From Podarcis cretensis (taxonomy: Eukaryota): a stretch of DNA of 64,000 nt. How positions within the stretch are numbered: the stretch's first letter is position 1; the number at the start of each line of letters is the position of its first letter. Shown here one piece after another: positions 46,839 through 58,674 of the stretch. The notes under the pieces are model-generated. The model ran no database searches and was not told where the DNA came from. It saw only the letters and a list, made by a program, of their open reading frames with translations. The position numbers were made by a program, and so were the translations under genes. The stretch is from NCBI GenBank assembly GCA_951804945.1, contig OX638161.1, positions 48,422,001 to 48,486,000 on the forward strand. The letters run 5' to 3'.

Positions 46839-49246
46839 CACAGTGAGAGAAGATCAATGAGGGATGTGTACAAAAAGAGGAAACTGATTTTGAACACACA
46901 TTTCTGTCTCTACTCCATAAACATAAAGATGTTATATTGCAAAGAGAGGAAGCTGATCTCTTGAACATTGAGTTCCATTCAGCCTAACCTCCTGATTAAT
47001 CAGTCTTCATGGCAACCTGGGTGATATATATGAAGATAGATGTATCTCAGGAATTCTCAAACATTATATATGTTTGGACATTCTATTGGGCTTATGACAT
47101 TGATGAGGAGGATTAACCATAGAACACGTTTTGCAAGCAGAATGTACCCTCCTCATTCTGCAGGACCTCCAATGAAAGGGGGAACCAATTTCCTGTTACT
47201 GTAGCTTTCTTTCCATGAACGTGCTTGACAGACTACTATCCTGACACCCCCAATTTATTTTTGTTTGTCCCTCTATCTAGTGAATGCCCCATTTTAATGT
47301 TTGTTTCAATTTGATATATGTTACCAAGGTGATGCCTCACTACTGATCTAGCGGAGCTTTCCGTCCTCATTCTCCATGTCCAGTGAAAGGTTCATTTAAG
47401 AGCAGATGTAAAAAAGCTCCAGCTGAGACTCAGGCGAACCATTGCCTGTCACAATCCAGTGGGTCTACTCTGAGTATTTCTAACATCATACACAATGACC
47501 ATAAATATATTGCATACTTACATCTTTATATAAGGGGAAACAATTGCCTATCACTGAAGCCGACACTCCTTGTCTCTGCCCCAAGGTGAGGACTGATCCT
47601 GGAGTGGAGGCTGCAGCCAGGCATGAGGAAACTCTCTCGGCAGCTCCCTCTTGCGTTGCAGCACAGCCAAGGAGAGGGGTGGCGAAGCTGCTGTCTATTT
47701 TCCTCCACTTTCCCCCTGGGTCAGTGCGTGGTGTCAGCATGCCCCAGAGCATGTGTGCATGGTATACTTAAACTGGGTGGTCCCGACCCTCTCAGTCGTG
47801 GGGCAAAGCAGTGTGCTTGGTCGCAAATATGTATTTTGTGCAATCTTGAATATTTGTTATTTGTTCCACAGAACAAAATGCAAGCCTTCATCACTCACCA
47901 TTCCCTTCTTGTGAAGCTCACAGGGAAATTCCCTTTCCATTTGGGGTCTCTTTATCCCTAAGAGAAACTACTTAGGGGAGGGGAAAGCATTTTTCTTGAT
48001 TCTGTGAGGCTTCCATACATAACAATGATGGTGAATAAATGAACAACAACAAAAAGCATTTATGGTTAGAAAGGTTCATATGATCAATGCATCCATGGTT
48101 GACATGCTCTTCAAACCACCTTTGTAGACAGGCAATAAATCCAACTTGATAAATCCACTGCCCTTGGCATATGTGCAGAAGCACTGCTGAGAGGTTTGAA
48201 GGTCATACATGCAGATCAGACCATGATGGCTCAAGCACAAGCAACAGGATTGAGATCCCTGTCTGAACTTCCTGGGGTGGCTCCAACTTCATGTCTTGCA
48301 TTGAAGGAAGGGCTGAGCTATGCAAGCATGGATGAAGCCTCCACCCCCCAAGCCGGCATGCAGATTCCAAGAGGAGATGGAGAAGAAGATTCCTCTGTCC
48401 CCATCCCTGTCCTCCTTCCCCTGGTGAATAATTGGTTTCTATTCTCTGCATGGCCAATGATCAAGCATGACATGACACTGCAGAGAATGTGTGGTGTAGT
48501 GGTTTGAATGATGGACTAGGTCTAGGAGACCAGAGTTCCAATCAGCCATGAAGGTCATTGGGATTTAAGCAGCACTGAGGCAGCTTTCCTGCCACTTCCA
48601 TTAGGTGCCACATAAGGCAGATGCCTCACCCCTAGTCATTGGTGGGCTGGCTCTTTGGACCGGAAAACTTATGCAGAGAAGGGTTTAGGCAGTCTGAGAG
48701 GGATTTCATGTTCCTGTGAAAGTTATGAGTGTCTTCATCTTTACCAGCTGAAACACAGGCCGGATAGAAGAGCCTTATCCTTCAATTAATTCAGAGTGGA
48801 CCTTTGACTGAGATCCTTCTAAGTGATCTCATAACGCCCCTTCTTTGGTCAAACCTTGATACTGAATTAGCTGGACAGTTGACATTAAAAGAACTGTAGC
48901 TAAAGAAAATGGTTCAGAAAGCAAGGCAGATATCCAAAGCATGGTTTCTTGAAAATTTTGTACTTCAAAATCTATAATACTGAATTTACAGTAAACATGT
49001 TTGTTAACATATTGGATACACACCTGAGGGGAAAGCAGGGCAGCCCTGACCTCAGCCCAGTTTCTCACAGTCTCTTTATATAGCATATCTTGCTAAGGAA
49101 GGGCACATGCAAATCACTCAAGAAGGCTGGAGGTGGTCTTGCGGAACTCTCAGCAAAAGAGGTCCCCTCAGTATAAATTACTGACATTCTCCCATGTCCA
49201 AATCCTCCTTTTTCCCGCCTCACTAGGACACTTCTTTGTTAAAACC

Positions 49247-49720
49247 ATGAAGTTCCCGCTGTTCTTGTTTTCTTTGGTGGCCTTTCAAAAATGTAAGTAT
49301 ATTCTATGGGAAGTTCAAAAATACAGGTTGATTTCATGCAGTGATTAGATGATGTTCATTAAATGATGGTCAATTCAATTCATTATATTTCTCTTTTTTT
49401 CAAGGGGTCCTTTCCGATGTTCAGCTTGTTTCTTCTGGGCCAGGAACAGTGAGACCTGGAGAGAACCTCCGTCTGCTCTGTAAAGTTACTGGTGTCTCTA
49501 TCACTGATTCAAGTTCTGTTTGGAACTGGATCCGTCAGCCTGCTGGCAAAGGTCTAGAGTGGGTTGCAAGAATATACCCCTATGATGGGAGAAAATGGTT
49601 TGCTGCTTCTCTTCAGAGCCGTGTAACAATTTCTTCAGACAACTCCAAGAACGAGTTCTCCCTCCAACTGAACTCCCTGACAGCTGCAGACTCAGCCGTG
49701 TATTTCTGTGCTCGAGATAG
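49247..49720 (+). CDS. IGHV: IGHV segment VH9 (clan II-like), intact
   Basis: Octamer 49107-49114, leader 49247-49292, V exon 49405-49720; RSS CACAGTG-23-ACAAAAAGA 49721-49759. Confidence 0.94.
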
Positions 49721-50159
49721 CACAGTGACACATGGCAATTGGGACTCTGAACAAAAAGAAGAAACTGATTCTGAATGCAGAAAGTTGGTTCTATTCAATC
49801 GGAATGCATAAATTACTTTGCAAACGCAATGCAAAATAATTCAAGTAGAAAACTAAAGAAGTACTGAGGCATTTTTTAGGTAAAGGTTCTCATGTTCTTT
49901 TCTGTATTTAGGCAGGTAATCATGATGGTGGACTTGATTCCCGTGTCAGTCTATTCCAGCTATATGTTTCTGTGCATCCAGCCAAATATCATGGTTTTGC
50001 TTCCTTAGCAAAGATGAAAATGTATGAGATGCTTCCATGCTGGAACCTATCATTTCTGTGAAAAGATAGTTTGTTCTATTCAATCACAATAAATAAATAA
50101 GCTTGCAAACCCATTGGTAATTAAGAATTCAATGAGAATAATAAAGAGGTACTGCAAAA

Positions 50160-50840
50160 ATTGAGCAAAAGCATTCCCTGGGGGAAAGGTTTTCATGTTT
50201 CCCTATGCATGTATGAAGGTAAACATCAACTGGGGTGATGGATTAGATTCTGTACAGTTATGAGAGAAGTAATATCCTCTTCAGGTGTCAATGTTGTGAG
50301 CCCCTCCATCACAGGCTCAGGTTGTATATATGTTTAAATAAACCATATATCATAAAGACAACATAGTCTCTATAGTGCCTCATTTTCAAAAAGGAAATAC
50401 AGACCCTCCATGAGTGCCTGGAACCCTCGGAATCTTGCACCACTCAGAGATTGGGGTGCTGTGTAACAGTATTTTGGTCATCTCTGATAAATAAATTTGC
50501 AAGCCCAAAGGAAATTAAGAATTCAATGCAAAAAATGAGCAAAAACATTCACTGGGGAAAGGTTCTCGTGTTCCCCTATGCATGTATGAAGCTAAACATC
50601 AACTGGTATGATGGATTAGTTTCCGTACAGTTATGGGAGAAGTAATATTCTCTTCAGGTGTCAATGTTATGAGCCCCTCCATCACAGGCTCAGGTTGTAT
50701 GTATGTTTAAATAAACTATATATCATAAAGACAACATAACCTCTGTAGTGCCTCAATTCCCAAAGGAAATATGGACCCTGCGTGAGTGCCTGAAACCCTT
50801 GAAATCTTACACCACTCAGAGATTGGGGTGCTGTGTAACT
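50160..50840. repeat. Local tandem duplication (~50160-50470 and ~50530-50840)
   Basis: Two near-identical ~310-nt blocks; the paralog at ~61145-61455 is single-copy. Confidence 0.8.
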
Positions 50841-51204
50841 GTATGTTGGTGTGTGTTTTCTTCCACAAAGACAATTGTTTTTTCCTCTGCTTCATTTATA
50901 CTGGTCCCCTGAGAGTTTGACTCCTTAAGAGATTTCCCCACAATTCTGGAAACCACTTGTGAACATGCAAATTGAGCAGAGAAGTGTCAGATGCTTTGCG
51001 GCATCAGTTGAAAGCCTAATAACATCTCTGAATGACTTTACAAAACAACAATTCAAGTGTGAAAACAATCCAGGGAGCCCTTTGCTGCTGGTTTGATAAG
51101 GAATGCAGAGATCTCAAAGCACACATCCGGAATATCTCCTGACAAAACTGTAAGGAAGAGGCTACCACCCTACCCCTAGAATATTTCAGGACGAAAAAGC
51201 TTAC

Positions 51205-51295
51205 TGTAAAAGTAAAGGGACCCCTGACCATTAGGTCCAGTCATGGCCGACTCTGGGATTGCAGTGCTCATCTCACTTTATTGGCCAAGGTAGCC
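51205..51295 (-). mobile_element. Short Sauria SINE 3' fragment
   Basis: aaagtaaagggacccctgaccattaggtccag; absent from the paralog at ~61640-61650. Confidence 0.8.
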
Positions 51296-51299
51296 ACTG

Positions 51300-52230
51300 T
51301 AGCATCTTATAAAAAAGAGAGAGATCTGAACCTACCAACAAACAATGGGAACAACTCCACTATTCCATAACTTCAATGAAAAGAATTCTGTTCCTTAATT
51401 TCTGGGGCATTTAACTCCAATGACCTCTCCTCTCCACCTGTTTCACCTAGTGGTTGGTGCCTTTACTTTTCAAGTGCCTTGCAGGAAGATCTTTCCAGTG
51501 GGACAGCTTGTCATCATTCTACGTAAATCGATGCCCCCAAGTGGCCTCCAGTTTCATGAGATGAAATAAAAAGGTTAATAGGCCAGTTAAAGTAAGTGAA
51601 AGCCACTGGCCCAGATGGCACAAGTCCCAGTGTTCTTCAACTAGACCCTGATTGCTGGGCTCTCTTGCTGCCCAACCTATTTACAAAGGTAGATATGTCT
51701 GGACTTATGCCAGAGGCATGGACAAGCGCAATCACTGTTCCAATATACAAAAAGGGAGAGTGCACATTATCATCCAACTACAGACCAATAAGCCCCCTCT
51801 CCATATTGGGGAAGCGTTTTAGCCCTGAATTTATTCAACCTTTTCTAAAATGACCTTGCACCCTGTTTACACAGGGTGGATGGCCATTGGCTGAAGCTCA
51901 GCTCCATCCACATTTTCTCTTACTATATGCCAACGACACAGTCATCCTGTCTTGCAAAAGGGTTGGTTGGCTTGAAGTGGCTCCTGTGCTGCTGCAGGGA
52001 ATATTGTATAGCCAATATTGTTTTCTCAAGATCTTGGAAGCCTCATAGATGGGAAATCAGTGGAAACCAGTTGCAATAGGTTAAAAACTTTAAATACCTA
52101 GGCATCTGCCTCCAATATAACACTTCCTGGAAATACAATTGTAACCTTGCACCTAACGGAGCGGATACTCTAGCTCTGGCTATCACCCGTTTCTTCTTTA
52201 ACAGAGGGAATCTTTTTGTCCCAGCTGCAC
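51300..52230 (+). mobile_element. Degenerate non-LTR retrotransposon (RTE-X-like) RT fragment
   Basis: KATGPDG, PIYKKG, NYRPIS, YADD-like and KYLGI motifs with frameshifts. Confidence 0.7.
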
Positions 52231-52875
52231 TACAGGTTTGTTTGCAATATTTTATTTGTCCTCATGAAACGTTTTCAGCATCTTGGTGCAATTTTTCTCC
52301 AATATATATATTTATGTATGCAATTTAACCTAAATGCAAAGTGTTTCCCCTTAAAATAACCATTATGACACAAGCTATCCCCAGATAAATGCATTTCTGG
52401 ATATATCAGAGGATAGGGAGCTTAGAGTGGTCCTTGTGAGGTGACACGTGTTTGATGTATGTGATAGTGTCTCCTCAACATTGGTTTGACCCCTGGGTCG
52501 ATCATCCAGCAGTCAGGCAAGATCTTATTGGTTGAAACCCAGTACCTTTGCCAAACCTCTTAAAGTTGCATTCAATAAGGTTGTCACCTAATTTGAACCA
52601 TACAATGTCGTCCTGAGTGGTCTTTTGGTCAGCGGTGACCAGTAGGGCTCTGGGGACACAGCACCTCTATATGCAAATTGCTCGTCTTCTCTTCTGTGGC
52701 CCTTTAGCTGGGAAAGAATTGTGAATTAAGAGTTCAGAGGAAAGGAGGTTATTATATGAAGCACATGCAAATCAGTTGAACCACTTCACTGCCTTAAAAC
52801 CTGCCCTTTCCAATTCAGTCCTGAAACTTCCAGCCAGATAAGACTGAGCCAGTCAAGAAGGTGATCCAAACAAAC

Positions 52876-52921
52876 ATGATTCTTTGGTTAAACCTCCTTC
52901 TCTTCTTGACAGCTCTCCCAG
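52876..52921 (+). pseudogene. Orphan IGHV leader exon with dual-octamer promoter
   Basis: MILWLNLLLFLTALP followed by a GT donor; octamers 52671-52678 and 52765-52772; no V exon of its own. Confidence 0.85.
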
Positions 52922-53508
52922 GTAATCTTTCTCTCACTGGAAACTCTGGAGACTTGCATACTTTTCTACACAGGTCTTATAAAATAGGGGATGGAGCCAG
53001 CAGTGGCCAGGCAGTCCACTCAGGAGCTTCACCCATGTGTTTCTATATGTCTTTTTTTACCATTATGACGCAATTTCTGGATATATGGGGGGGGGTAGGA
53101 CCATAGCACTTCTTGAGTTGGTGGTTCTTGTGAAGAACCACCAACTCAAGAACCACCAACCCCTGCGTTGATCAACTAGCAGTCAGGCCCATTACAGTTG
53201 CATTCAATAATGTTGTCACCTAATTAGAACCATACACTGTAGTCTTGAGTGGTCTTTTGGTCAGCCGTGACCTGCAGGGCTATGGGGACACAGCACCTCT
53301 GCATGCAAATTGCTCCTCTTCTTCTCTGTGGCCCTTTAGCTGGGAAAGAATTGTGAATTAAGAGTTCAGAGGAAAGGAGGTTATTATACGAAGCACATGC
53401 AAATCAGTTGAACCACATCACGGCCTTAAAAGCTGCCCTTTCCAATTCAGTCTTGCCACCTCCAGCCAGATAAGACTGAGCCAGTTGAGAAGGTGACCCA
53501 AACAAACA

Positions 53509-53941
53509 ATGATTCTTTGGTTAAACCTCCTTCTCTTCTTGACAGCTCTCCCAGGTAATATTTCTCTCACAGGAAATCCTGGAGACTTGCACACTTTTCT
53601 ACACAGGTATCCCCTGATTAACTTTCTTCTATTTTTTAGATTGTCACTCAGTTGGTGGAGACTGGAGGAGGTCGTGTAGCTCCTGGAGGCTCCCTCTGCC
53701 TCTCCTGCAAGGCTTCAGGATTCAACTTTACTGATTATGAAATCCACTGGATTCGTCAGGCTCCCGGGAAAGGACTGGAGTGGGTGGCTTTAGTTAGCCG
53801 ACCTTCAGGAAGCAAACAATTCTATAATTCCAAAGTTCAAGGACGATTCACCATCTCCAGAGACAATTCTCAAACTTCAGCCTATCTTCAAATGAGCAGC
53901 TTGAAGCCTGAGGACTCTGCCTTGTATTACTGTGCAAGAGA
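53509..53941 (+). pseudogene. IGHV: IGHV VH10 (divergent clan III-like), frameshifted at the start of the V exon
   Basis: Leader 53509-53554. The acceptor at 53638-53639 puts LVETGGG out of frame. RSS CACAGTG-23-ACAAAAAGC 53942-53980; octamers 53303-53310 and 53397-53404. Confidence 0.8.
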
Positions 53942-54378
53942 CACAGTGACAACTTCTGCTTTCCTGCTTGTACAAAAAGCCCTGCTTTGCAGCATTTGCA
54001 GCTGGAATGCAGGTGCTAGAGAAGGATGTATTGTTAAAAAGGGGGGTAGAAAATCAAACAGGGACCCAGTGGGGCAACTCCCATGTGAACTGCACAATAC
54101 ATCACAGTGCCACTCCAAGGCTTCATTCAAACAGCCTTATATTCCATTCTTCCAATGTTTCCTTACCTCATGGTTTCTGTCTCTGGTGAGATCTCTCTTT
54201 CACATGACACAAAAGCTACATCTGTAAATCTAGTGTAATCCCGTGGAACCTTAGCGCTCATTTCCATGATGATGTATTCCAGAAAAACATCCATTTGGAA
54301 TTCCATCATCCTGGATTTTTGTGCTTGCTGTAATTTTGCCACAGCTTTCAGGAATCACACCATGTGACAACATTTGAG

Positions 54379-54576
54379 CACTGGTGGAGGAAGAGGAGTA
54401 TGGGGGGAACACCCCACCCCTGGCAGCGCAATTCTGGTGGGTGCCATCACGGCTGCCAAGTCCCCACAGGCGGCATACCAGGGCCCCAGAATGCACGTCT
54501 AGCCGTTGCGGGTGGCACACCATGCCCTCAGGATGTAAGCCAGCCCTGCCCCCACCTAAACTCCGCCTCACCAGTG
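54379..54576. mobile_element. hAT-like MITE related to the 40368 element
   Basis: Inverted termini CACTGGTGGAGG / GCCTCACCAGTG; GC-rich body. Confidence 0.55.
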
Positions 54577-55214
54577 CTGGAGCACGAAGCTTTGCCACTG
54601 CTTTTGAGGTGCTATTCAGGCATACAGTTCTTCTGGGATACGGTCCTGTATCTTGATTTCAGTTGCAAACCTCCATTTTTATAGGGAGTTGTCCTTTGTT
54701 CTGAAGCGCAGCGGTAGAGCAAGCCAATTGGGCACATGCAGCGGTGCACGTGTCCTGTGCCCAGCGGTGGAGTGAGCCGGGGCAGGATACTCCATGGGGC
54801 CTCTGAGGACACTGCCTGCCTCCTCCCACTCAGCCGCCCTACAGCTGAGGGGGAGGCAGTGGGTGGACCGTTTGTGGCAATACGGAGCCTGCGGGCACCC
54901 AAGCCACCGCGTCACTCCCAGGAGAGACGTGTGGCTTGTGCACTGCAGGCCCCATGGTGAGTGCCTCCCAGCATTTTGTCACCCTCCTCAGTGGTGACAC
55001 CTAGGGCGGCCTGCCCCCACCACATCGCCCTTGCTCTGTCCTTGCTCAAGCCACCATAGAAGTAAGGTTTCCTAATGATGTATCTCCAGGAGAGAAAAGC
55101 CTCAGGCTGGAATTCAGGCTAATGGAGTCTGAGTCTATTCAAGTGGTGTCAGTTTTTATTCATTCTATTATTTCCAGATGCCAATAACATTATTTCCCCA
55201 TCTTTAAGAAAGAC

Positions 55215-55269
55215 GAAAAGAAAAGAAAAGAAAAGAAAAGAAAAGAAAAGAAAAGAAAAGAAAAGAAAG
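55215..55269. repeat. (AAAAG)n microsatellite
   Basis: Seen directly. Confidence 0.9.
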
Positions 55270-55574
55270 ATGGCAACTTAATTACCCAAGCCCCATTTTG
55301 CTCTTTGATCCTGAGAGGAATATACAAACCTACTGTGGTAACAACTGCTAAATTGGACACTGGAAAATAATAGCTTGTTATATAGACTAGGCTTGCCTTC
55401 AGAACAATAGTTTGCCCAACAGCTGTAGTGGTGCTTTTACCTTACTACATATGCAAATTATTGGAGAGCGCTTCCTCCTTAAATCCACAAGACACCCTCC
55501 CTTCCTCTATCACAGGACCCTGAATACGTGAGGCCAGAATTTGCTCAAACCTCTCCAGTCATTAGATGGAAAAA

Positions 55575-56012
55575 ATGATAGTTTTGCTTCAGCTTGTTTT
55601 CTTTTCAGCATTTTTAGAGGTAAATCCATCCTTTCAAATAAACAAGAGTTGGACAGTCAGACTGCTAATAATATGCAGAAGAGATAATTGATATCTCTTT
55701 TTTTCTAGGCATCCAATCGGAGATCCAGCTGGTAGAGTCTGGAGGCGATGCAAAAAAGCCTGGAGAGTCCCTCCGCCTTACCTGTCGAGCCTCCGGGTTC
55801 ACCTTCAGCAGCTATGGCATGTCATGGGTGAGACAAGCACCAGGAAAAGGCTTGGAATGGGTGGCATATATATCTCCTGCTTCATCTGTTTACTACTTGG
55901 ATAAAGTGAAGGGGCGCTTCACCATCTCCAGGGACAATTCAAACAGCCTGCTCTATCTGCAAATGAACAGCCTGGCAGCAGAAGACACAGCCATGTATTA
56001 CTGTGCAAGAGA
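55575..56012 (+). pseudogene. IGHV: IGHV VH11 (clan III-like); V exon open but leader exon 1 nt short
   Basis: Leader 55575-55619 is 45 nt (paralogs 46). V exon 55709-56012; RSS CACAGTG-23-ACAAAAACT 56013-56051; octamer 55451-55458. The defect could be a homopolymer assembly error. Confidence 0.75.
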
Positions 56013-57361
56013 CACAGTGAGAGATTTCCCATTAGACCTTAGACAAAAACTCTTCATTGCATTCCATTAGTGAAGTTTCCAGAGGGGGCACCAAAGCACC
56101 ACAAATCAGAATCTCTCAGAGCAGAGCAGAAAAAAACAATGGAATAACAATAGCTTTTACTACAGGGAACATCTGTTCTTCTTTGGCCCATCTCTAGCCT
56201 ATTGGGAGTTTTCCCATGATCATCTTGTTCCAACCCAGTAAACCCATTCAAAGCAAATTCATCCTGCCCATTCCTTTCTTTCTCTCACAGGGCTTCATTA
56301 TTCCCTCACAATTTCTGTTCTTTCACAAATTCTGATTACAGTGGAAGATATTCAGGAGCAGCTTCTGCCGCCAGCATGTTGTGATCCTCCTGGACTGGGA
56401 ATAAAGTAATTGTGAAATACTATGTTCATTTATTGAAATTCAGAGAAACTTATGTTTTCGCCTAGATAAGTAAAACAACAGCAAATTACAGTTCTTTCCC
56501 CATCACAACACAATGCCCAGGACTGCTACATTGTTCCTTCCAGCTTGATCCACATAGGTTAGGCAGGTAAGCCTCCTCACATCCCAGCTACTTTCCCCGT
56601 GCAGCTAAGGTTCTTCCTTTTCAAGTGTGGTGCCGCACAACTGAGCACCCAAATCAGCAGCCTCCCTGCCTGCATCACCTGCAATAAAAGCTGGTTTTAG
56701 TGAGTGGGGCTTCCACAAAGGCAGAGTCCCAAGGGCAGGGGCCTAGGGATGAAGACTGTGGGCTTGACTAGCAAAGCCAGTCAACAAGTGAAGAACCATC
56801 AACACTTCCAAAATACTAGCGCCAACTTGTCTCTTCATAAAACTTTCTTCTTTCTGCTTCTTAGCTGGCACCATTGAAAGGCTGGGGCTGATGGGCATTA
56901 TCATTCCCAATGATAATGGGGACCAGGTTGATGGATGTTGATCTAAGTCTACATTTTGCTACATTATGCCCAAGGCTGGTATTTTAATTATCCATCATGG
57001 GCATTGACTTTCAATCCATTCTTTGGTTCAAAGCACCAAGAGTGGATATTCTGCTACCAATTTCCTTCCGAGCTTGATTCAGTTGAATTTTAACTTCAAT
57101 ATCTTGAGACAACTGCCCTGTTCCTCACCATGGGTGTTGCCAGACAGTTTTGACTGTCCATAGTCACATGTATGCCTATGAGATGGGGTTGTCGGGCTGC
57201 TCTGTTATCCTCACAGATATGCAAATACTTAAACAGCTTCCTGTTAAAATATGGCATATATTATTCCTGAGCAAACAAAAACCCAAGTACACAACCTTTG
57301 TGTGTCCCTGCCTGGGTTGCTATTTTTTACTTGATTACTGTCCCATTAAAAATAAGTGGAA

Positions 57362-57797
57362 ATGACATCTTGGCTTCACTGTGTTTTACTTTTAGTGGTA
57401 TTTGAAGGTAATCCTTCTTTCAGATAAAGGTGGCTGTTACATTGTAGTTGTAAATTAGCCTGCAGTCTAACCCTAAGTCTATCTTTTCAGGTGTCCAGTC
57501 AGCAATCCAGCTCACGGAATCAGGAGGAGACATTAAAAGGCCTGGAGAGTCTCTCTGCCTCTCCTGCAGAGCCTCCGGGTTCACCTTCAGCAGCTCTTAC
57601 ATGAACTGGGTGAGACAAGCACCAGGAAAAGGCTTGGAATGGGTGGCACAAATATCTGGTGCTTCAGCTGACATTCGCTACTTGGACAAAGTGAAGGGGC
57701 GCTTCACCATTTCCAGGGACAATTCAAACAGCCTGCTCTATCTGTAAATGAACAGCCTGGCAGCAGAAGACACAGCAATGTATTACTGTGCAAGATA
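57362..57797 (+). pseudogene. IGHV: IGHV VH12 (clan III-like) with a nonsense codon in FR3
   Basis: Octamer 57219-57226, leader 57362-57407, V exon 57491-57797 with TAA 57745-57747; perfect RSS 57798-57836. Confidence 0.9.
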
Positions 57798-58666
57798 CAC
57801 AGTGAGAGGCTACCCATTAGACCTTAGACAAAAACCCTTCATTGCATTTCTTTAGTGAGGATTCCAGAGGGGGCATCAAAGCACCACAAACCAGAATCTA
57901 TCAGGACAGAGCAGACAAAACAAGGGAACAACATTAGCTGTTACTAGAGGGAACATCTGATCTTCTTTGGCCCATCTCTAGCCTGTTGGGGGTTGTCCCA
58001 TAATCATCTTGTTCCAACAAAGTAAGCCCGTTCAAAGCAAATTCATCCTGCCCATTCCTTTATTTCTCTCCCAGGCCTTTATACTTCCCTTCAAGATTTC
58101 TGTTCTTTCATGAATTCTGATTACAGTGGAAAATATTCAGGAGCAGCTTCTGCCACCAGCATGTTGTGGTCCTCCTGGACTGGGAATAAAGTAATCTGGA
58201 AATGCTATGCTCAACCTCTGTGTGGTAGCCCTGGCTGTTCTTCTGTCAGGAAATGCACTACATAGGGGAGAATAAAAAGGGGGTCAAGGAGGGTCAGTTG
58301 TAGGGTTGGGGAGTGATGAATGTCATTATTTTCATCTGAGGAATCTTGGAGGTTATGCAATCATATACTCTGGGCTTCCAGGAGCTTCACCCTCTCTCTC
58401 TATTTATGCAGTCCCAGCAGGCAGGATAAAGAGGAGGGATTTGGAGCCACCCCTCTGTCTGCTGTCAGTTTTGTGGGACAGAACATTTGCAGGCATGCCT
58501 GAACAAATGTCCAGAGTAGTGATGTACCAAAGAGCAAGTGCTGGGGAGAGGAAACCATCTCTCTGTCCAGGCATTCTCAATGACAAATAAGGAAGTCCTG
58601 GAAAAGCGTACACCATTCTGCTTGTAAGAGCCACTTTATATTCCATCTGTCATTGGAGGAGGGGTC

Positions 58667-58674
58667 ATGCAAAT
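58667..58674 (+). promoter_or_regulatory. Orphan VH promoter octamer (gene deleted)
   Basis: ATGCAAAT in the copy of the VH8 promoter; homology jumps from ~46380 to ~47750 at ~58790-58810. Confidence 0.75.

Noticed and set aside
53652-54227. 191-aa VH ORF with a long C-terminal extension (possible non-rearranging Ig protein)
   Set aside because: Read-through across the RSS into the flank; no in-frame leader, J, C or TM segment.
53690-57570. Extra FR1 cysteine (SLCLSC) in VH10 and VH12
   Set aside because: CGC to TGC CpG decay in pseudogenes is a sufficient explanation.
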